Positions 1 to 9,168 of a DNA stretch of 64,000 nucleotides are shown one piece after another. The notes under the pieces were generated by a model. It had not been told where the DNA came from and made no database searches. It was given only the letters and a program-made list of their open reading frames with translations. Where the stretch lies: assembly GCA_963826335.1 (NCBI GenBank), contig CAWGXB010000043.1, positions 6,559-70,558 of the forward strand, written 5' to 3'. A program made the translations under genes and the position numbers. Within the stretch, counting starts at the first letter, position 1. Each line of letters begins with the position of its first letter. The DNA is from Candidatus Acidiferrales bacterium. Its GTDB lineage: Bacteria > Acidobacteriota > Terriglobia > Acidiferrales > UBA7541.

Positions 1-2
1 TC

Positions 3-911
3 GACGCGGAATTTCAAGTGAAAGGCGCGGAAGCAGACTACGCCAACCTGAAAGTGCAAGTTGACAGCGATTTGATGAACCAAAAGGCCATCGAAGCCGG
101 CGTGCGCAGCGATTACGAACAAGCCAAAATCCAGCACGAAGTGGACGCGAAACTGGTGGCGGAAGGTCTTGCGGCGGATGTTACGGAGCGTTTGTCTCGC
201 GTTAAGGAACAGCAGCTTGCGATTCGTGTGCAGCTCGAGGGCGAGCGCACCAAAGTTGCGGCGGATTCCGCGAAGGCACGGTTGGCTGCGCAGCAAGCAA
301 AGATCGACGAACAGAAAGCCCTGTACCAACTGAAAAAGAGCCAGGTAGATGCCTTGCACGTTCGCGCGGGCATCGATGGTGTGTTGCAGTTGGTGCCAGT
401 GGAAGTAGGCCAGCACGTGACCCCGGGCACAAACTTGGCGCGTGTGGCTGATCCCAAGGTGTTGAAGGCAGAAATCAAGATTGCAGAGACGCAAGCCAAA
501 GACGTGCTGCCGCTCCAAAAAGCGACCATCGACACGCGCAACGGAATCGTGAACGGGCACGTGGCGCGCGTCGACCCGTCCGTAATCAACGGCACGGTGA
601 CGGTGGATGTGACCATTGATGATCCTCTTCCGCCGGGCGCAAGAGCGGACTTGAGCGTGGATGGGACCGTAGAGCTGGAGAATTTGAAGAACGTGATGTA
701 TGTGGGGAGGCCGGTTCACGGCGCTTCGCAAAGTACCATCAGCTTGTTCAAACTGACGCCCGACGGTTCGGAGGCGGTTCGCACCAACGTAAAGCTGGGC
801 CGCAGTTCAGTGAATACCGTGGAAATTCTGGACGGATTGCAGGTGGGAGACCGCGTAATTCTGTCGGACATGTCGCAGTGGGATAACTACGATCGGATCC
901 GCCTGAAGTAA
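3..911 (+). CDS. MacA/HlyD-family periplasmic adaptor (membrane fusion protein), 5' end outside window
   Basis: The frame is open from nt 3 to TAA 909-911. A long Ala/Gln/Lys-rich coiled-coil hairpin is followed by a beta-barrel-like part (GIDGVLQLVPVEVGQHVTPGTNLARVADP). It lies directly upstream of MacB-type permease genes. Confidence 0.8.
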   Translation, partial: DAEFQVKGAEADYANLKVQVDSDLMNQKAIEAGVRSDYEQAKIQHEVDAKLVAEGLAADVTERLSRVKEQQLAIRVQLEGERTKVAADSAKARLAAQQAKIDEQKALYQLKKSQVDALHVRAGIDGVLQLVPVEVGQHVTPGTNLARVADPKVLKAEIKIAETQAKDVLPLQKATIDTRNGIVNGHVARVDPSVINGTVTVDVTIDDPLPPGARADLSVDGTVELENLKNVMYVGRPVHGASQSTISLFKLTPDGSEAVRTNVKLGRSSVNTVEILDGLQVGDRVILSDMSQWDNYDRIRLK

Positions 912-976
912 GCCTGTTGACGGGTGTGTAGCGCAGTTTGAAGCACAGAGTCGGAACTGGAGAGTTGGGGGAGCGA

Positions 977-3490
977 ATGCACGCGTTCTGGCAAGACGTA
1001 CGCTACGGTTTGCGGATGCTGGCCAAGAATCCTGGCTTCACAGTCGTTACCGTCCTGACGCTGGCGCTTGGCGTCGGCGCGACCACCGCGATCTTCAGCG
1101 TGATTTACGGCGTGCTGCTGCGGCCGCTTCCTTATAGCCATCCCGAGCAAATCGTTCATCTGTGGGAAATGAGCGACGAAGGCCACCGCATGAATTTCGC
1201 GGACCCGAATTTCGCTGACATGCACTCCCAGAATCACTCGCTGCAGGGAATCGCGGAGTACAACAACAGTTTGGAATCGGTTTCCGGAGGCAAGGAGCCG
1301 AGCCGCACGATGGTCGCCCACGTGTCGCACGATTTTTTCTCGGTGATGGGAGTGAATCCGGCGATTGGGCGCGGCTTCGCCCCCGAAGAGCAGCGCAACA
1401 ATGCGCCAGCGACCGCGCTAGTCAGCTACGCCTACTGGAAGCAGTCTCTCGGTGGCAATCAAGACTTCTCTTCGGTTCATTTGAAGCTTGAGGGGCAGGC
1501 CGCTTCGGTTATTGGGGTGTTGCCCGCCGGATTCCGCTTCCCTGATAACACCGACATCTGGATTGCTCGCGAAATCATGCCCACCCTTCCCAGCCGTTCG
1601 GCGCACAACTGGAACGTGATTGCCAGGCTGCGGGAGGGCACATCCGTCAGCGCCTCGCGCGCCGAACTTACCGGCATTGCCCAACGCCTGAAGCAACAAT
1701 TCGGCAACGATACAGCCATGGTCGGCGTGGCAATGGAACCGCTTCGCGAGGCGATGACCAGCAATGTTCGCCCGGCACTGATCATTCTGTTTGGCGCGTC
1801 TGGTTTTCTTCTGCTGATCGCGTGCGCCAACGTGGTGAATCTGATGCTGGCCCAGGCGGCGGCGCGCGAAAGGGAACTATCCATTCGAGCGGCGCTGGGC
1901 GCTAGGCGTAGCAGGCTGATTCGCCAGTTCCTGACAGAAGCATTTTTGCTTTCCACAATCGGAGGCGCGCTTGGCGTGCTTGCGGCGGTGTGGGGATTAA
2001 ACGGATTGCTGGCTATCGCGCCAGGAAATCTGCCGCGAGTAGAAGAAGTAGGCGTGAATGTGCCGGTACTGCTGTTTTCCCTGGCCGTCGTGTTTCTGGT
2101 GGCGATTGGATTGGGAATTTTCAGTGCTGTGCGCGCCACGGCCGGGGATCCTCGCGCAGCATTGAACGAAGGCAATCAGCGGCAATCAGGGTCGCTAGGA
2201 AAACAGAGGCTGGGTCGCCTGATCATCGCCGGTCAGCTGGCCACCACTCTCGTGCTGCTTGTTGGCGCAGGGCTTCTGGGTCGGAGCCTGTTGCGCGTGC
2301 TGTCGGTTGATCCGGGCTTTCGCACCGAAGGAGTGCTGACGATGGAGTTGGCGCTCCCCGACGATCCTACGAAGGCTCAACGAGTCCAGTTCCTGAATGA
2401 AGTGATCGCGCGGCTGCGCAATATACCTGGCGTACAGGAAGTCGGCGGCACCAATGTATTGCCGCTCACCGAGGGAGGCCGAGCTGACGGCGCCTACGTG
2501 GTCATGAACCCGGCGCAGATTTCACCGCGCACGCAGGAGCTGATCCGGCGCGTTGTGAATGGGAATCTGGATAAAGACCCTGCCTTGCTTGCCGAGTTCT
2601 CAAAATTCTTCGACGAAATCTTCAAAGATCAAGCCCACTTGGGCGAAGCCGACTACTGCGTCGCTTCGCAAGGCTTTTTCAGTACCCTGGGGATTCCGCT
2701 GCTGAGTGGCAGATTGTTCGACGCGCGCGACACGAAAGATTCGCAGCATGTCGCGGTTGTCAGCAAATCGCTGGCGGACGAGAAATGGCCGAATCAGAAT
2801 CCGATTGGCCAAACCGTGGAATTCGGAAATATGGATGGCGATCCGCGGCTGTTGACCATCGTCGGAGTCGTCGGTGACATGCGCGACCGCAGTCTGGAAT
2901 CCGCGCCGCGTCCCACCATCTACGTCGACTACCGCCAGCGGCCAACCGCGGCTCAGCGCTTCACGATTGTCATGCTCGCTCCCGGCAAGCCTGACGCCGT
3001 CTTTTCTTCCGCGCGTGAAATCGTTCGCAGCCTGGATCCCGACGTGCCGCCCCGCTTCAGCACCTTTTCAAATACCTTTGCCGCATCTCTGGGAGCGCGG
3101 CGCTTCAGCCTGCTGCTGGTGGGCATTTTTTCCGCCACGGCTCTGTTGCTGGCAATGGCGGGAATTTACGGCCTGACGGCCTACACCGTTGCGCAGCGCA
3201 CTCGCGAAATTGGCGTGCGCATGGCACTGGGCGCTTCTCGAGGAACGGTTTTGGGGATGGTTCTGAAACAAGGCGTGATCACTGGTGTTCTCGGCGTCGG
3301 CGCCGGAATTCTGGGCTCGCTGGTCTTAACTCGCTGGTTGCAATCCCAACTTTTTGGGGTGAGCGCGACAGATCCGGCAACGTTCGCGGGCGTCGCTCTC
3401 ATCCTGATTCTGGTGTCTCTGGCGGCTTGTTGGATTCCAGGACGCCGGGCGGCGCGTGTCGATCCGATGGTGGCGTTGAGGTACGAATGA
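977..3490 (+). CDS. ADOP-family duplicated MacB/FtsX-type ABC permease, copy 1
   Basis: ATG 977 follows GGGGGAG; the track start TTG 938 is an upstream extension. The N-terminus reads MHAFWQDVRYGLRMLAKNPGFT plus TM1. There are two large periplasmic domains, each followed by an FtsX-like TM bundle. The C-terminus is RRAARVDPMVALRYE. Confidence 0.9.
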   Translation: MHAFWQDVRYGLRMLAKNPGFTVVTVLTLALGVGATTAIFSVIYGVLLRPLPYSHPEQIVHLWEMSDEGHRMNFADPNFADMHSQNHSLQGIAEYNNSLESVSGGKEPSRTMVAHVSHDFFSVMGVNPAIGRGFAPEEQRNNAPATALVSYAYWKQSLGGNQDFSSVHLKLEGQAASVIGVLPAGFRFPDNTDIWIAREIMPTLPSRSAHNWNVIARLREGTSVSASRAELTGIAQRLKQQFGNDTAMVGVAMEPLREAMTSNVRPALIILFGASGFLLLIACANVVNLMLAQAAARERELSIRAALGARRSRLIRQFLTEAFLLSTIGGALGVLAAVWGLNGLLAIAPGNLPRVEEVGVNVPVLLFSLAVVFLVAIGLGIFSAVRATAGDPRAALNEGNQRQSGSLGKQRLGRLIIAGQLATTLVLLVGAGLLGRSLLRVLSVDPGFRTEGVLTMELALPDDPTKAQRVQFLNEVIARLRNIPGVQEVGGTNVLPLTEGGRADGAYVVMNPAQISPRTQELIRRVVNGNLDKDPALLAEFSKFFDEIFKDQAHLGEADYCVASQGFFSTLGIPLLSGRLFDARDTKDSQHVAVVSKSLADEKWPNQNPIGQTVEFGNMDGDPRLLTIVGVVGDMRDRSLESAPRPTIYVDYRQRPTAAQRFTIVMLAPGKPDAVFSSAREIVRSLDPDVPPRFSTFSNTFAASLGARRFSLLLVGIFSATALLLAMAGIYGLTAYTVAQRTREIGVRMALGASRGTVLGMVLKQGVITGVLGVGAGILGSLVLTRWLQSQLFGVSATDPATFAGVALILILVSLAACWIPGRRAARVDPMVALRYE

Positions 3491-4182
3491 TGAAGCAAAC
3501 GATTTGGCAAGACCTACGCTTCGGACTGAGTAGTATGGCGAAAAATCCCGGGCTCGCAGCCTTGGCGATTCTCCTGACCATTGCGCTTGGCCTCGGCACC
3601 GGCCTGGCGGTCTCTCTGCTCAACAGATCCGCGCACCGGCGCAATATGCAGGTGCGTGATGCGGGACAGTTGATGGTGATTGCCACGCGCGACTCCGACT
3701 CGCCAGCCAGCCTTTCCTTTTCGTATCCGATGAATCTGAACGTGGCGGAAAAGGAAGTTGTGCTGACCGACATGGACGACGAGTGCAAGGATGAAATCGA
3801 ACTGACGTATGGAGAGGGCGGCGAACACGTTCACGGAGAGCTTGTTTCCGGAAACTATTTTGAGGTGCTCGGCGTGCAACCTCTGCTTGGCCGCTTGATC
3901 GGCGAAGCGGACGACCACGAATCCATCACCTCGCCCGTTGCGGTGATCAGCCACGAGTTCTGGAAGCGCCGCTTCGGGATGGACCCTTCAATCATCAACC
4001 GCACTCTGATGTTGAACGGCCATCGCTTTACGGTGATTGGCGTTACTCCGCCGGGCTTTGTCGGCACGAATGGCTCGAAGAAAGCTGACATTCAAGTACC
4101 ACTATCGATCATGAAAGTATTCAGTTCGCCGGTCCTGCACGCCACCCGCATCGACCCGATGGTTGCACTGAGTTACGAATAG
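3487..4182 (+). pseudogene. Internally deleted ADOP permease remnant (231 codons, reading frame intact)
   Basis: ATG 3487 overlaps the upstream TGA (3488-3490). It keeps the ADOP N-terminus (MMKQTIWQDLRFGL..NPG, TM1) and the first part of the periplasmic domain (SFSYPM, ELVSGNYFEVLGV, HEFWKRRFG). This is joined directly to the family tail ATRIDPMVALSYE, so TM2-TM8 are absent. Confidence 0.6.
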
Positions 4183-4191
4183 GAGAACTTG

Positions 4192-6651
4192 ATGCAGACG
4201 CTTTGGCAGGACATTCGCTACGGGCTTCGCATGTTGGGAAAAAATCCCGGATTCACGGCGGTGGTCGTACTGACGCTGGCGCTGGGCATTGGCGCGAACA
4301 CCGCGCTGTTTTCGATCGTCAACGGAGTATTACTGAATCCGCTGCCGTTTGCAGAGCCCGACCGGTTGGTGTCGATGTATACGCGGACTCCGGAGTTCAC
4401 GCGCGCTTCCGTTTCCTATCTGAATTTTTTGGACTGGCGCCGCGACAATCATTCCTTCTCCGCTATAGCAGCGTTCCGCGGAGAGAATTATAACCTTTCG
4501 GGCATCGGCGACGCGCAACGGCTCAGTGCGAACATGGTTTCGGCCGAGTTTTTTCCGATCCTTGGAGTGAAGCCCAGCGTTGGCCGCTTTTTCACCGAAC
4601 AGGAAGACCAGGTGGGCGCCGCGCCGGTAGCGGTCATCAGCGACGGTTTGTGGAAGCGCAAGTTCGCATCCTCTCCGGACGCGGTCGGCAAGTCGCTCAA
4701 CTTGAACGGAACGCTGTACACACTTGTCGGTGTCCTTCCCGCGCACTTTCAGTTCATCAGCGGTAATGGCAATTTCCATGATGACGCCGAAGTGTTTACG
4801 CCGATTGGCCAGTGGAACGACCCTTTGTTCCGCGATCGGCACACCGGCATGGGAATGGATGTAGTAGGCAGGTTGAAGCCAGGAGTTACGTTGCAGCAGG
4901 CGACTCTGGACATGCAGGCGGTTGCGGCTCATCTGGCCGAAGCCTACCCGGACATTGACAAGAACTCAGGTATCAATGTTTTAGCCCTTAAAGAGGATGT
5001 GGTTGGAGATATTCGGCCGTTTCTGTTGGTGCTGCTGGCTGCGGTCGGCTTCGTACTGCTAATCGCCTGCGCCAATGTCGCGAATCTACTTCTGGCGCGC
5101 TCGACGGGCAGAACCAGGGAATTCGCTATTCGGACGGCGATGGGTGCAAGCCCGGGTCGCGTGGTTCGCCAACTTTTGACCGAAAGCATCCTGTTGGCGC
5201 TGGCTGGCGGCGGGTTGGGAGTGCTGATCGCGGCGTGGGGCACGCGGGCGGCAATCAAAGTGCTGCCCGAGGCGCTGCCGCGCGCCGAGGACGTTCATAT
5301 TGATGGACGCGTGCTGCTTTTCGCCATGGCGGTTTCTCTGTTGGCAGGAATTTTGTTTGGGTTAGTGCCCGCTCTCAGGGCTTACCGAACCGACATTCAC
5401 GAAACACTTAAAGAAGGCGGGCGCGGAGGAAGCGGCACTCGGCACCGCACGCAAAGTATTTTCGTTGCAGTGGAAATGGCCATGGCGCTGGTGCTGCTGG
5501 TTGGCGCCGGCTTGATGATTCGCAGTTTGGGAAAACTCTGGAATACCGATCCGGGATTTGACCCGAACAATGTCGTGCGGGTCAGTTTTGCGTCCTCCAA
5601 ACCATTGGGCGCTACGCCTGCGGCCACCCGTGCTGCATTTCGGCAAATTCACGATGCCCTGGCGGCAATTCCGGGCGTGCAATCCGTTTCGCTGTCCGTC
5701 GGGTCGACCCCCATGCAAGGTGATTCGGACCTTCCTTTGTGGTTGGAAGGAGAGCCCAAGCCTGCTTCGCAGAGCGAGATGAAAGCCTCGCTCTTCTATT
5801 TCACGCAACCGGATTATCTAAAGGTCATGAAGACTCCGCTGAAGCGCGGGCGGTTTCTGACCGAATCAGACGGCGAGGGTTCGCCCGCAGTCATGGTGAT
5901 CGACGACCAGTTTGCCAAGTTGTACTTCGCCGGCCAGGATCCCATCGGTAAGCACGTGAATCTGGGAATTCTGAACATGACCGCCGAAGTCGTCGGAGTT
6001 GTTGGCCACGTCAAGCAGTGGGGATTGGACAATGACCCTCCAGGTGCAATCCAGGCGCAATCTTATTCCCCGATCTCACAACTCCCCGACGGCATTTTTT
6101 CGCTTCTTGAGCACGGCACTGCCGCCGTCATTCGGACCGAGGGTTCGCCGCTTGCTCTAATTGGTTCGATTACCAACGCGGTGCAAGGCGTGAATAGCGA
6201 CATCGTCGTTTATGGCCCAGAAACTATGAGCTCCATAATTTCGGAATCGCTCTCGGCGAAGCGTTTCGTCATGGTGCTGCTTGGCGTGTTTGCGGCGCTC
6301 GCAGTAATACTCTCCGCCGTCGGGATTTACGGCGTGATTTCCTACATCGCCGCGCAACGCACCCAGGAGATCGGAATTCGCATGGCTTTGGGCGCAGGAA
6401 GAGGCAACGTGCTGATCATGGTGCTGCGCGAGGCGGGCACGATGGCACTGCTTGGCGTGGGCATCGGTCTGGTGGCGGCATTTGCGCTGACGCGGTTGAT
6501 GGCCAGCATTCTTTTCGGGGTCAGCACGCACGATCCGCTAACCTATCTCGGGGTTGCAGCGTTATTGATGTTAGTCGCGCTGGTGGCATGCTACATCCCG
6601 GCGCGGCGAGCAACCCGCGTCGATCCCATGGTGGCATTGCGCTATGAGTAG
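4192..6651 (+). CDS. ADOP-family duplicated MacB/FtsX-type ABC permease, copy 2
   Basis: AGGAGA at 4181-4186 precedes ATG 4192 (track start TTG 4189). N-terminus MQTLWQDIRYGLRMLGKNPGFTAV and C-terminus RRATRVDPMVALRYE. About 819 aa with duplicated periplasmic-domain/FtsX architecture. Confidence 0.9.
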   Translation: MQTLWQDIRYGLRMLGKNPGFTAVVVLTLALGIGANTALFSIVNGVLLNPLPFAEPDRLVSMYTRTPEFTRASVSYLNFLDWRRDNHSFSAIAAFRGENYNLSGIGDAQRLSANMVSAEFFPILGVKPSVGRFFTEQEDQVGAAPVAVISDGLWKRKFASSPDAVGKSLNLNGTLYTLVGVLPAHFQFISGNGNFHDDAEVFTPIGQWNDPLFRDRHTGMGMDVVGRLKPGVTLQQATLDMQAVAAHLAEAYPDIDKNSGINVLALKEDVVGDIRPFLLVLLAAVGFVLLIACANVANLLLARSTGRTREFAIRTAMGASPGRVVRQLLTESILLALAGGGLGVLIAAWGTRAAIKVLPEALPRAEDVHIDGRVLLFAMAVSLLAGILFGLVPALRAYRTDIHETLKEGGRGGSGTRHRTQSIFVAVEMAMALVLLVGAGLMIRSLGKLWNTDPGFDPNNVVRVSFASSKPLGATPAATRAAFRQIHDALAAIPGVQSVSLSVGSTPMQGDSDLPLWLEGEPKPASQSEMKASLFYFTQPDYLKVMKTPLKRGRFLTESDGEGSPAVMVIDDQFAKLYFAGQDPIGKHVNLGILNMTAEVVGVVGHVKQWGLDNDPPGAIQAQSYSPISQLPDGIFSLLEHGTAAVIRTEGSPLALIGSITNAVQGVNSDIVVYGPETMSSIISESLSAKRFVMVLLGVFAALAVILSAVGIYGVISYIAAQRTQEIGIRMALGAGRGNVLIMVLREAGTMALLGVGIGLVAAFALTRLMASILFGVSTHDPLTYLGVAALLMLVALVACYIPARRATRVDPMVALRYE

Positions 6652-6660
6652 GAGACCTTG

Positions 6661-9168
6661 ATGCAGACGCTTTGGCAGGACATCCGCTACGGGCTGCGAA
6701 TGCTGGGGAAGAATCCCGGCTTCACTGCCGTGGCTGTGCTTACGCTGGCGCTCGGTATCGGCGCGAACACTGGAATTTTTTCCGTTCTCCGCCAGGTATT
6801 GCTGCAGCGACTGCCCGTGCCTCACCCGGAGGAATTGGTGCTGCTGTATGCCCCAGGGGTACGAAGTGGGCATATCGAGTCCGATGAAGTGGACGGGTCG
6901 GAGTCGTTCTCCTATCCGATGTATGTCGACCTGCGCGATCAGAACAAAGTGTTCGCGGGAGTTGCAGCCAAAGCTGATTTTCCGGTCAGCGTGGCCTTGC
7001 GCGGGCAAACCGAACGTGCCAACGCGGAACTCGTTTCTGGGAATTACTTCGACACGCTTGGCGTTCATGCCGTTATCGGCCGTTTACTCTCGCCGTCCGA
7101 CACGGTCGCACCCGGCGGCAATCCCGTGGTGGTGCTCGGAAATGGCTATTGGCAGAAGCATTTTGGCGGCGATCCCGGCGTTCTCAACCAGAGTGTGATG
7201 GTGAATAACCGCTTGATGACCGTCGTTGGGGTAGTGCAGCCCGGCTTCGATGGCGTCCAGCTCGGCCTGGTTCCCGATGTTTACGTGCCAATTACCATGA
7301 AGCCGGTAATTACTCCCAATTGGGACGGGCTGAACGACCATAAGGACTATTGGGTAAAAGTGTTGGCCCGCCTGAAGCCTGGAATTTCCGCAACGCAGGC
7401 TACGGCGGCGCTGGCACCAACGTATCACGCGTTGCTGGAGAACGAACTGCCGCTGAACACGGGATTGAACGCGCAAGAGAAGAAGGAATTCGAAGCGAAA
7501 CAACTCGTGCTACGGGATGGCGCTCGCGGCCGGCCGATTCTTGAGAACGATACTCGGCCGCAACTCCTAACGCTGATGGGCATGGTCGGCCTGGTGCTAT
7601 TTATCACCTGCGCCAACGTTGCGGGGCTGTTGACGGCGCGCGGCGTTTCGCGGCAGAAAGAGATTAGCCTGCGAATTTCTCTGGGCGCCAGCCGTGGCAG
7701 GCTGATCCGCCAACTGCTGGTTGAATCTTGCCTGCTTTCGTTTGGCGGCGCGGCGCTTGGGCTTCTTATCGCGCAATGGATGAGCAGCACCCTGGTGCAT
7801 TTTGCGTCGACCGATCAAATGATCGATGGCCTCACGAGTTCCCTGAATATTCCGGTGTTGCTGTTCACTGTGGGCCTGGCGCTGCTTTGCGGTATCTTGT
7901 TTGGCGTGGCGCCGGCGTTGAGCGCAACGCGAGTACAACTGGCGTCCACGCTGAAGGAACAAGGCGGAGCTCTTTCTTCCAGCCTGAAACACACACGCTT
8001 GCGCAAGATACTGGTGATTTCTCAAGTGGCGTTGACTCTACTGATGGTTACCGGCGCGTGGGGATTTGTACGCAGCCTCTACAATCTGCAGCATGTGGAT
8101 TTAGGATTGCGCCAAGCTCATGTGCTGCAGTTTTCCGTCGCGCCAAGTTTCAACGGCTACGATCAGGTGCGCAGCTTCGGGTTCTTTCATCAGCTGGAAG
8201 ATAAGATTGCGGCGCTGCCGGGCGTTTTGTCCCTTAGCGCAACGGAAGAGCCGCTGATTGCCGATAGCGACCGAGGTTCCAACGTCACCGTTGAAGGTGA
8301 GCCAGCCGACCTGGCCGGCACCCGCCACGTTAACTGGAACGCGGTTAGCCCCGGACACTTTTCGAATATGGGCATACCGCTGTTGGCAGGCCGTGAATTC
8401 GGGCGCCAGGATTCCCACGAAGGTGCGAAAGTAGTCATCGTCAATGAATCCATGGCCAAACAATTCTTCCCCAAAGCCGATGTACTGGGAAAGCACATGA
8501 AAATTGGCGGTGGAAAGGATCCGCTGGATATGGAAATCGTCGGAATCGTCAAAGACAGCCACCATTCCGGCGTAAAAGAGCAGCTCAAACCGTTTTTCTA
8601 TATCCCTTACACACAGGGAAAGGCAGTCACTTCGCTCACCTATTATGTGCGGACCTCAGGCGATCCGGTGGCTCTCGCCAGTTCGGTTCGCAGCGTCGTC
8701 GCCGAACTGGATTCCAGTTTGCCGATTTTTGGCGCGAAATCGTTTGAAGAACAGATCGATCAGCAGCTTTCATCGAGCAAGCTGGTCGCATTTCTGGCGC
8801 TGACCTTCGGAAGCCTGGCTGCTTTGCTTGCCGCCATGGGAATTTACGCGCTGTTAGCCTTCAGCGTCACGCAGCGTACCCGGGAAATTGGCGTGCGCAT
8901 GGCGCTCGGCGCGGAACCCAAGCGCGTTGGCTGGATGGTTCTGAAGGACGTTGCGCAGCTCACCGGCATCGGGATTCTCATCGGTATTCCGTTGGCCTAC
9001 GCACTGGGCAAACTGATCGATTCATTGTTGTTTGGCGTGCAAGCCTTCGGAATCGCCAGTGTCGGGATCGCGCTTCTGTCGCTGACGGCGGTTGCGGCTT
9101 TCGCGGCGTACGCTCCCACGCGACGCGCCACGCGCATCGACCCCATGGTCGCGTTGAGGTACGAATGA
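6661..9168 (+). CDS. ADOP-family duplicated MacB/FtsX-type ABC permease, copy 3
   Basis: AGGAGA at 6650-6655 precedes ATG 6661. The first 25 aa are identical to copy 2. C-terminus RRATRIDPMVALRYE. Confidence 0.9.
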   Translation: MQTLWQDIRYGLRMLGKNPGFTAVAVLTLALGIGANTGIFSVLRQVLLQRLPVPHPEELVLLYAPGVRSGHIESDEVDGSESFSYPMYVDLRDQNKVFAGVAAKADFPVSVALRGQTERANAELVSGNYFDTLGVHAVIGRLLSPSDTVAPGGNPVVVLGNGYWQKHFGGDPGVLNQSVMVNNRLMTVVGVVQPGFDGVQLGLVPDVYVPITMKPVITPNWDGLNDHKDYWVKVLARLKPGISATQATAALAPTYHALLENELPLNTGLNAQEKKEFEAKQLVLRDGARGRPILENDTRPQLLTLMGMVGLVLFITCANVAGLLTARGVSRQKEISLRISLGASRGRLIRQLLVESCLLSFGGAALGLLIAQWMSSTLVHFASTDQMIDGLTSSLNIPVLLFTVGLALLCGILFGVAPALSATRVQLASTLKEQGGALSSSLKHTRLRKILVISQVALTLLMVTGAWGFVRSLYNLQHVDLGLRQAHVLQFSVAPSFNGYDQVRSFGFFHQLEDKIAALPGVLSLSATEEPLIADSDRGSNVTVEGEPADLAGTRHVNWNAVSPGHFSNMGIPLLAGREFGRQDSHEGAKVVIVNESMAKQFFPKADVLGKHMKIGGGKDPLDMEIVGIVKDSHHSGVKEQLKPFFYIPYTQGKAVTSLTYYVRTSGDPVALASSVRSVVAELDSSLPIFGAKSFEEQIDQQLSSSKLVAFLALTFGSLAALLAAMGIYALLAFSVTQRTREIGVRMALGAEPKRVGWMVLKDVAQLTGIGILIGIPLAYALGKLIDSLLFGVQAFGIASVGIALLSLTAVAAFAAYAPTRRATRIDPMVALRYE

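Noticed and set aside
938-976. Upstream extensions of several track ORFs (938, 3427, 20714, 23586, 27769-28449, 29023-32298, 32184-32831, 36219, 40787, 42187, 46477, 47726, 52988)
   Set aside because: In each case an internal ATG or GTG with a Shine-Dalgarno-like sequence, a signal peptide or the family N-terminus starts the recognisable protein. The extension overlaps the upstream gene or encodes an Arg-rich non-homologous peptide.
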